Origin: Epiperipatus broadwayi
Taxonomy: Eukaryota; Animalia; Onychophora
Reading direction: 5' to 3'
Assembly (NCBI GenBank): GCA_028023455.1
Contig: JAQFVV010000007.1
Span: forward strand, 12,276,001 to 12,340,000
DNA length: 64,000 bases
Below the pieces are notes generated by a model. It did not search any database. It was not told the origin of the DNA and saw only the letters and a list, made by a program, of their open reading frames with translations. Shown piece after piece: positions 54,450 through 64,000 of this stretch. A program made the position numbers and the translations under genes. The first letter of the stretch is position 1. Each line of letters starts with the position of its first letter.

Positions 54450-56070
54450 TAGTGTTATGAATGTCTGAATTCAAATATAGATTGTCATTCCAGGATGGCC
54501 TTTGATTTAGGTACTTCCAACTGCAGATCACTTTAAAGTAAAGGAAGATTTTCAGAATTGGAAGAACAGTTTAATATTAAAAGAACAATGTTGGACTTTC
54601 TGAAGATAGACAAAATACAAAGAGAGAATTGATTTAAAGAGTGGACATATAGTTTAATACAAAGGCACAAATATTAAAGACATAAGGCATAAATATTAAT
54701 GACATAAGGCATAAATATTAAAGACATAACTGGTGTGGGATTCATTATAAATAAAAAGTGGAAGGACAGCATTGTTTAATTGTTGTTATATCAGACAGAG
54801 TAGCAAAATTAGTTATTCAACTTAATGAAAGATACAAATTCCAGATAGTTCAAAGTTATGCTCAGTAACTTCTTATTTTGATAAAGAAATAAACGGTTTT
54901 ATAGGAATGTACAAAAGGTGGTTGACCAGACTAAATATTTGACAATTGTCATGAATGACTTTAATTCTAGAATTAATATATGATTGAAAAAGAATGTCTT
55001 GTAGATAGACTTGATTACATTGATAGACATGAGTAAGAGCACAGAGTTATGGAGTTCATAGAAAATTAAAAACTGTAAGTTATGATTTTAAAAAAAAAAA
55101 GAAAAATGCTAACTGAACCATCAAAATGACAATATAGCAGAAAAGGAATATATTTTCACTAACAGAAAATATATAGTTCAACTTTCTCATTTTCAATAGA
55201 TTCAACAATGAAAGTAAACATCAAATAGTAGATGGAAGGTGCTAATGCAAAACCAAACAGAAAAAATATATTAAGAAAGACAGTATTAGCAGTTGATATT
55301 CCTAACATTCAGAAACACTCCAATTATTCTAAATTAGAACTTGTGAATTATTTAAAAATATTAACAGACATTGAAGACAGTTCATATTTGTCAAAACTTT
55401 AATACTTAAAGAGCCAATACACTATTAAGAAATGTAAAAAAGATAGTTGATACAAAAAAGCAGCAATTGACCAATAAAATTTCTCGGTCAAGCATCGCGT
55501 CCCGGCAGATGCTATGACATATAAAAAAACCAATAAAATTTCTCCTGTCTCAAGAAAATATAAGAAGAAATGAGGAAATACAAAAATTTATAAAAAAAGA
55601 ATTAATAGCACCATAAGAATATAGAATTGTAAATTGGCAAAAAAAATTGGCAAGAAAGCTATTTCTTTAATAAAAAGAAAAAATGAAACTATTATTAAAA
55701 AATAAGATGTCATTATGAAATGTATAAAAATGTTTTATAAAAATTATATAGCAATAAACAACAAGAAAGTAAAGTATTCACAAATGTTATAGCAATTTCA
55801 GATATGCCTTACAATTTAAATGATGACATGAGATAATCAATTTAATCTATGATAAAGAAAAAGTTTCAGAAAGTGATTGTCAACAGCTTTTCTATTTCTG
55901 TATCTAAAAGCAGATAAGGATTTAGAAAAATGGTTGACAAAGTTATATGTCAAATAAGTAAATAATATGAATATACTAGATAATTGGGAGAATGAAAGGT
56001 GAAATTGTTTTTTAGAAATGTGACAAAGAAAATGCTAGAAATTATATATGTATATAATATTAAATCATCT
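54450..56070 (+). mobile_element. Decayed RTE-clade LINE 5' part (APE endonuclease to the start of RT)
   Basis: TGVGFIINKKWKD, SDRVAKLVIQLNERYKFQIVQSYA, IVMNDFNSRI. Contains a 3 x 22-bp tandem at ~54663-54730. Confidence 0.8.
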
Positions 56071-56479
56071 ATGCACTTTATTACTATTTCACAATATTTT
56101 ATTTATGACCCTCTTTGACAGTTTTGGTTGTGCCAGCAATCTTCTTCAGAATGTTCACTTAAATCTATTAGTCTTCAGTCTGTATCATATAAAGAGATAA
56201 TTACAACTCATATAAAGTGAACTTTGGATTCTAATGAACTAAACTAGAAATCAGATTTTAAAGTATTTTTAGCACCACAAATCATATCCAAGTAGTAAAA
56301 AAAGTTTTAGAAAAGACTAATGAATAAGAATAATCATTATGTTTTGATTTTTACATTATGAAAAATGATTTTATTATGTTAACGATATCAATATAAAAGA
56401 TAAGTATGTGGCCGTTCTTGTCTTTTAAAGTCATTAATTTTGTATTGAGATTTGCAAAAGTAGAGTTTTAGGATTATAG

Positions 56480-56960
56480 TCTTAGTATATATTACTTAAT
56501 TCTTTCAATGATATCAATAACACCTGATTGTTCTATTAACCAGGTACTTTGTTTTTGATTACTTTTTGTTATTTCTAATTTGCATCTCTGCATAATTCTT
56601 TGAGAGATCTGAAGTTTCTGCATTGTTTTTCTGTTAAATGTCCATGTCTCAGAACCATAAGTTAGAACTGGTAACACCCATTTACTAAAAAAAAACTTTC
56701 TTTTCAAACTCATAAACACATTTTATTTAGTATTAATTATTTCTACCAAAGACACTCCAAGCAAGTTTATTTCTATAATTAATTTCATCCATTATATTTC
56801 CATAGTAGTAATACTCTGAACAAGGTATTTGTAGTTGTTAACTTCTTCTAATTCGTCATTACCAATCTTTATTTCCTTCTTTGGACAAAATCCTTTGAAC
56901 AATTCTTTGGGCGTTTTAACATTTACCTTTAGTCCTAACTTTATCATTTATTATATTCAT
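56480..56960 (-). mobile_element. RTE-clade LINE post-RT fragment
   Basis: ORF 56492-56719 VLPVLTYGSETWTFN...QSGVIDII. Upstream IGNDELEEVNNYKYL. Confidence 0.85.
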
Positions 56961-57119
56961 TAATATTTTATAAACTATAAATGTTATTGCAATTGTTAAT
57001 AAAGTTTATTAATAATCTAAAGGCATTCAAATTTATCCAGCTTATGACATTTTCGAACTCCTATGAACACCCATAGCAAAGAAAAAAAAAACAAAAACAT
57101 TTGATTATCTATTTTATTT

Positions 57120-57640
57120 ATCTAATTTTCACATCCATCCATCTTGATTGTTTTTTCTCTATAATTTCCTCTTTTATTAACATTTCAACTGACAATATTA
57201 ATAAAGAACGTCTGCTGGTGTACCATCTACTAACAAAGTAAACTTAAACTTAACTATATGAAAGCAGAAGCTTTGTTAAAAATATTAAAAGTAAAATAAA
57301 CTCTTATCATAAGGATTTTTCCGGACTTTTCTTTCTGTCAAATCCTTTAAGATTATTTGATTTCATTTAGAATTAAAATCAGCAATTATTTATCACAAGA
57401 ACTATTTTAGTGAGGCAAGTTGCCAGCGCCATTGGCGAGATCATATGGCATTCTATTGACGTGCTTGCACATCCAAATTGCAACCTGTCAACAATAATTA
57501 CAAATTTTCTTTTCCTCTGCTGACTGATAAAGTTCATTTAGTCTCTTTATTAAATAATCTCCGCCACCTTCACGCAGAATGACACCCTCTTGTTGGTTGC
57601 TTTAACCCTCTATTTACTAGATTGTTTACCCACTATATGA
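57120..57640 (-). mobile_element. L1-clade ORF2 C-terminal fragment
   Basis: Hand translation EGVILREGGGDYLIKRLNELYQSAEEKKICNY...AIW and FKFTLLVDGTPADVL parallels NKGGLNLIDLKE and FTFRFLNGLLPTKTLL of the 183-2900 element. Confidence 0.5.
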
Positions 57641-58099
57641 TTAATATTCTAAGTGTTACATTTTCATTTATTGAACTTTTTTTTATATTTTTGAATTGGT
57701 GTATTACGTATTTATTTTTAAGAAAGCGTTTATTTACAGTGATTGTTCTGGTTAGTAGTCACAGAGCTCAGCAAACTATCTGTGGATATTGAATTTAATT
57801 TATTCGGATTACTAATTGATATTTGTTTATCCTGCACTCTATATCTGTTAATATCCCTAATCTTTTTGCTGCAGCTTTTTCTATCATAAGTTTTTAGAGT
57901 TTATTCTTGCAATTTTGTGCTCATATGATTATTCAATACTGAACTATCACAGACAAAACTTATTTGTTACTAATTGATTAACCTTACTATATCTATTTCT
58001 ACAAATAACATCACACCATTTACTAGTGTTGTTTCATAAATACTTATTCTAGCCTTTAACATCTTTTAGAACACATGCACATAGTGTTTTCTAGTGCAA

Positions 58100-58600
58100 G
58101 GTGAATGATTTTCTCTCCATGTTGCAGAAACTCTATCTCTGAATCATCATATGTGTTACATAGTGATATGTTTAGCTAATCATCACAAAAATTTAAAATG
58201 CTACTGTGTCTTAATTGTGACATGAAGTGTGGCAGTATGATTCATATTTTTCCATGTGATAGAACAATAAGATAACATTAAATAGTGTTCTAAATTGTAC
58301 AAAAGTGCTACTGAAATTGCCAAAATCATGCAAATTGGGTGTGGCAGTGAAGCTATTAATTATAAGAATATTTTCAAATAGTTTTCAAGACTTTGTGGTA
58401 AAGTGACAAAGTTGATCCTTGATGCTAGTAAATACACATTCTATTTTATGTCATTACTTATGATTCAGATAAAGTAGTCTTAATAATTTTGTGATCAATA
58501 ACTAAGCTACATTACTACATTACTGGTACTTTTATTCAGAGGATCTGCTTTGATGAGAAAATCAGTCATCTTTTCACTGGGACATTTTTGTATGTTTGCA
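58100..58600 (+). mobile_element. Possible highly decayed Tc1/mariner transposase fragment
   Basis: Weak remnants only: CD..IH (D1 region), LPKSCK...KLLII, FHWD (HDNA-like). Confidence 0.25.
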
Positions 58601-58954
58601 CATTTTTTTTTATAACACAACAATTAAAAAAAACATATTACTGTCTTAATATTCTTTATTAAACATTCATTAGACTAAAGATTATTCAGTAATGAATAAT
58701 ACTTCAGTAGTGTCATTTTTACTACACCACTCTAACAACAAAATAGGGACTGTCAGTTGCCTTAGTTTTTTGTTGGAATTTGATGAGAAAACTTTTTTAA
58801 CCTCTGAGTTTGTCAGTTAATAGCAGTGGATGATTTCTTAGTAACATCAAAAGGTTATCTTTGTTTACATGAATATAACCTTCTCATTTCTGTTCTTTAT
58901 TATAATAAGTGTCCATGGAAATATTTAATTCAAAAAATATACTAAAAGTCTTTC

Positions 58955-59014
<60 letters not shown>

Positions 59015-59017
59015 TTC

Positions 59018-59076
<59 letters not shown>

Positions 59077-59175
59077 CAACAACAACAACAACATTAATAA
59101 TAACAATAGTGATAGACTTAGTAGTAGTAGCAACAATAATAATAATAGCAGTACTAATTATAATACTAATAATAA
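58955..59175. repeat. (AAT)n microsatellite with (AAC)n and a degenerate tail
   Basis: Seen directly. Produces the poly-I and poly-L ORFs in the track. Confidence 0.97.
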
Positions 59176-60719
59176 CTGAATGCTTCATTGCTCAGGAATT
59201 ATTAGATGTCCAAGAACCACAAATAACAAAGCAAAGTGAAGCTAGGGTCCACTACTTTACCACTCCCAACCCTCAACTTAATAATACATTATTATGGATC
59301 TGTTCATTATGATTTTGGATATAAAGTATAAAGTTTGAAGATATAAACGTATGATGAGAATTTCTTTTACTCCTATACTGAATTATAGTTTTATATTAAT
59401 GAGACACTTATTTACCAAAAATAAAATAGTTTTCTCCTAGTTTATATTCAATGTCTGTATTAGTAGCAATCAAAATTTCTATATCACTATGCTATAAAAT
59501 ATCAGTCATCAATAAATGCATGAAGGCAATAGTAATGATATAAACTGTTTTATGTACATTGTAATTTATAGTATGGAGCACTGCATTCCCCATAGTCTCT
59601 CATCTATTCCCCATAGTCTGTCATCATCAATCATCACTTCTGATTATTCTTAAATTTAACAGCTTAATTTTTTTAAAAATATTAAAGCCAAAATCAACAT
59701 GCTTATATAACTATGTCATATTGTCAGCAATCATATATTTTAACTAAATGAGTTGTATGTTATTTAGAAAAACAAATCTGTAAAATTTTACTATGCATTA
59801 GCATGATTGTAAGGTTAATCAATATGTTTTTCAATTTGATGGATGGGATATGATACACTCCACTATTGTAAAACAATGCCTTTGGATTGAACATGCAAAG
59901 TGTATAAATAATATATGCCTTAATTTATATTCTATGATGAACTTTTTATGGAAGAGGTAAATCTTATTAGTAACATGTAGTTTATCTCAAAATATTTAAA
60001 AAAAAATGCAATGTGATTGTTTGAATTGCAAAGATATGATGAAGAGTAGATTAAAGAGCTGTGATAATTTTGAAGTGTTTCAAAAAAATAAATATTCTGC
60101 AAAAGAATTTAAATGGCAGAATCACAAATTATCAGAAAAATACAATAATGAACTGATATGTTGTATATATGGATGTATTGAAACAGTAAGATTCATATTC
60201 GAATCTTAAGTTTCACCTTTTTTCTATCGTCTCTCACTCACCGCTCTATCCTATCCAAATTTAAACTTTTTGGTATCGAATTGTGTGTGTAGCAATATTA
60301 AAAATGTATAGATATATGTAGAATTTACTATAAACACGCACACATTTCGATCTCAAATTTAAGGCAATAAATAAAGATAAATAATATGATTTAGATTTCT
60401 TCTTTTAGTTATATAATTTTGTATAATTTTAATCATTTATTTTGGATTATAAAGTTCATTATTTATTGCTTTGTTTAAATTTCATTTAATAATAATTTTA
60501 GAAATCGGATGTAATATTTAATTAAAAGTAAAAATAATTGTATGTTACCCTTTTGTCTTTGAAATTTTAAAAGTAACTGGCCGGTGAGAGATAATGATTA
60601 ATTAAAAAGAAAAATTTCCTAAAATGTAATTATAAAATTTAAATGTAAACTCTAAACGTAAACAATAGAACGGCAGATTTCTCTATAATTAAACTAACAA
60701 AATGCATTGATTATCCTCA

Positions 60720-61150
60720 GGACAGATTAAGTGGAATCTAAAAATACAGTAACAAAAATGTAAAAAATAAGATCTAAGAAAGGAGGCCATTTTAGACTTT
60801 CTAGAGACTTTCACTTTAACTTTAGCTGTGCTCTCAATCAGTTGAGAGTCTCCAAGATCTTAAATTAATTTTACCTGCCATGGTATGATCGAGTAAAAAG
60901 TGCCCAGACTATTCTCTGTCCAGAGATGGCCTATCGGATGCCAAACCTTCCATTGCCCTTCATAAATTCAACCATGAAGATCTGCTACCTAAAATAATTT
61001 GAAAGCTGCTGGTATTAAATTAAATGAATCATCTAAATGCTGTAAAGAACTGCTAATGCTAGAATCATGAACAATTTGCTACTGATCACAGAATTGGAAA
61101 ACTTCTCATAAACAGGTACCTATGTCCAAATTCTCTAGAGTACTCTACTA
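60720..61150 (-). mobile_element. Decayed L1-clade 3' fragment related to 183-2900
   Basis: AAGGAGGCCATTTAG is shared by ~788-802 and ~60779-60794 (NGLL motif). MKGNGRFGIR resembles LGKGNFFADLR. Confidence 0.45.
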
Positions 61151-62907
61151 ATATCCTGCTATAGCTTATTTATTCTTTATCTAACTTATAAACTATAAAC
61201 TGTAAATTCTTGTTTGTAAAACTAAAATGAATTATTAAATTTTTTTAATGTAAAGTTCTTTAATAATCTAGTCTGCCTAACTAACTTTCTTGGGTGTGTA
61301 TTTTTAAAATCAACATTTTATTATATAATTATCGCATGCTCATAATTTTCTAGGTATAAATCTATGATCGCTTGAAACAGTGGATGCATGTCAAATTTTC
61401 ATTAATATTTACTTCCATAAATAACTTAATATTTTCATACAAACCGACACGCATTCAGTGCTTCCTTTAGTGTAATACAGGGGTCTAGTGCTTAACAAAT
61501 AGCTGACGTATTAGTTATAATAATCACCCAGTTTATGTATTGTTTTTATATTTTATTAAATTTGTAATTAATAATTCCATAAAATTTGCATTTCTTTGAG
61601 AGTTGCAAACATTTCTTATTAAATGTTGATAGTGTAGGGCTGAGTTATAAAATATATTTAAGTCTTAACAGAATCGTCTGTACATTATACATGTGTTACT
61701 TTTAGAGACGCGACGACCCATTACAAGCCTTGAATATTCCGGATTCTATAGGGTTGAAATTAACCCAGTCATCCTACACAAGTAGACATAATAAATGCCC
61801 CTGTAAAGCTTAACGACAATCATGCAGCCAGCAGGCAACTGTGGCATGAACCACTTGTCCCTGGTTATGCTTATGTGACACCTTACCTCTTCAGGCCTAT
61901 GGCAAACGCCAACCCGTATTTATAAACTCATTCATGGCTTTGCAGTTTCAATATACTGCCACTTTCTATCACCTTTCTAAACATACCACGTTTCTTTTAT
62001 TAACTTTATTATTATATGTATAACTCCGTCCCTGCATTAGTGACAATTCACTCTCAAATAAATGTTTGCCCCTAGTTATTAGTAAATATCTTTAATTAAA
62101 TAAATATATGTCCACCACTACTCATATAAATCTTACTTTAGACTCTTGCATTGCAAAGGTATAAATCCCTAAAGGCATGCCTTAGAAATACTTGCTCAAG
62201 AATTTTAGGTAGCTAGATTACGTCATCAAATAAATGTATTTCTTTTTGTAAAAATAACAGTATAGAAAATACCACTACTGAAGTCTTAAATATAAAGTAT
62301 TATTGGTAAAATGATTTTGTATAAATGTTACTAAATAAATAAATGTATTTCTTGAATAAAAGTATCAGAAAATTCCGTTACCCAATTTAAATATTATCAA
62401 ATATTATTAGTAAATGATTTATTATTAAAATGTTTGAATAAATAATTTCAAACTATTTTGTAAATATAAATGTTTAACCATTAAGCATTATTAGTGTTAT
62501 TATTGGCTAACTTGAAATAAAATCATGAATCTCTTGCAACATCCCTGACCACAGTGCCTAAAGAAATGTTTACTAATGTCCCAACAGATGTGTTGTTTCA
62601 TAGAATGTATTGTGGAACCGATAAACTGTGTTCGAACGCAGTACTACGAGTGGCTTCACTACCTCGATGGTGCTGCCATTCTGTGTGGTGGTCGAATTCT
62701 GCACTATGTTAATGAATCACTGTTTCTGACTGTTACAGTATATGTAATTATAGATTAGTATGTAAACTTATCACAAAACTTATCTTTCGTATTCTATTAT
62801 TATTATTTGTTACATTGTATCACTTTTTGCTTTTGATATTATACTGGCCATTTTCATTTGTAAATAGTTTACTATTGCATTTTCTTATGCTGGTGATGGC
62901 TATTTAA

Positions 62908-63605
62908 ACCACTAAACATCACATGATCACCATTTCTTATGCTTGCTCATAATTGTTGTAAAAACAGGCAAAACTCTCCATACCATAGTGCCACTCAGTG
63001 TAAACCAGAATAATCAATGGATGCCAGAAGGCTTCTGCATAAAATCCCTATTCAGTGCCTAATCATCCAATATTCCCAGAGTTATTAGTTTGTGAATTTC
63101 ATCAGTGAGGAGCTTTGGATCTGATAGCACTGCACTTAAATCTTAGGATCTAATTCAACCCTCCAGAAACCACCTTTTACTTCTACTTAACTACAAAACA
63201 ATAGAATAAAACTGAAAACACATTAATATTTTCAATCTAAGATCATTAGCTTATATAGTCATATAGTTCTGAACTCAGTTTAGTACCCATACATTTTGGT
63301 GTCTTTCGTTCTTTATTAACCGTAGACACCACTATCCTATTAGGCAGGATTGATATTAAACCACTAAACATCACATGATCATCATTTATTATGTTTGCTT
63401 ATAACTGCTATTAGGCAAAACTTTCCATACAGTAGTGCCACTCAGTGCAAGCCAGAGTGATCAAGGGATGCCAGAAGGGTTGTGCATAAAATCCCTATCT
63501 AGTGCTTACTCGTCCAATATCCCTAGAATAGTGCCTAGCTTGTGGATTTTTCCAGTAAGGATTGCATTGAGCAGTACTACTATATGTAGAGTTTTGCCTG
63601 TTTTT
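62908..63605 (-). mobile_element. Repeat family R1: one full 452-bp unit, a partial unit and a short inverted arm
   Basis: TTAA|ACCACTAAACATCACATGATCA at 62908 and 63360. Degenerate ribozyme cores at ~63073-63111 and ~63520-63560. Inverted piece at ~63565-63605. Confidence 0.88.
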
Positions 63606-64000
63606 TATGGCTCTTTTTAGACACTTTTTAAAAAAAATGTTAATTAGATTTAACAAAATGTGATATCACTCCCCTGAAAAAACTCTAAAAGTGAATTCTA
63701 CAAAAACTATTGCTGAATCTATTCTTTCAAATAATTTTTTTCTAGAGTTTCTGATATTAATAAAATCTTTACAAAAATTATTAGCAGACCCTATACTATA
63801 TTTTTAAACTTCTAACCATACAAATAGTCATTTTTTATTAATTATAAAAAATATTATTTAATATTTATGATAGGAAATAAATAGTAAAAAAATTAAAATT
63901 ATAAGAACTTAACAATGTAAAATTGATAAAACATTTGAGTAGATAAAACAATTTCTGATAAATAACATTAGTATGAAGCCAAATACTTGTTCTCTAAAAT

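Noticed and set aside
57740-57800. Imperfect hairpin (CACAGA/TCTGTG), loosely similar to ~38575-38605, as a pre-miRNA or snoRNA
   Set aside because: The stem is short and AU/GU-rich, matches no conserved miRNA I recall, and lacks proper C/D boxes.
58925-59312. Poly-Ile and poly-Leu ORFs resembling membrane proteins
   Set aside because: Artefacts of the (AAT)n array.

Overview
Very AT-rich, CpG-depleted eukaryotic DNA, most likely an invertebrate animal. It reads as intergenic or intronic, and I found no host protein-coding gene I can call with confidence. The window is mostly mobile elements. These are: one near-intact 2.5-kb hAT (Charlie/Buster/SPIN-type) transposon with TIRs and an 8-bp TSD; four decayed L1/Tx1-clade LINE fragments; several RTE-clade fragments, one with a 5' inversion; three Penelope-like (PLE) fragments; a 5.7-kb Gypsy-derived non-autonomous LTR element whose LTR carries ~128-bp inverted ends; a ~3-kb fold-back element with ~1-kb arms; probable Helitron 3' ends; and many (TA)n/(AAT)n microsatellites. 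The most interesting signal is a set of non-coding repeat families carrying minimal type I hammerhead ribozymes. One family has a ~452-bp tandem unit (retrozyme-like). Two ribozyme copies keep an intact core (17586-17639 and 53584-53624, both minus strand). Copies of three families share a head-to-head layout with 3' ends pointing outward, the extreme case being a perfect 162-bp palindrome at 41507-41668. All translations, folds and alignments were done by eye. Element boundaries are approximate unless exact termini are quoted.
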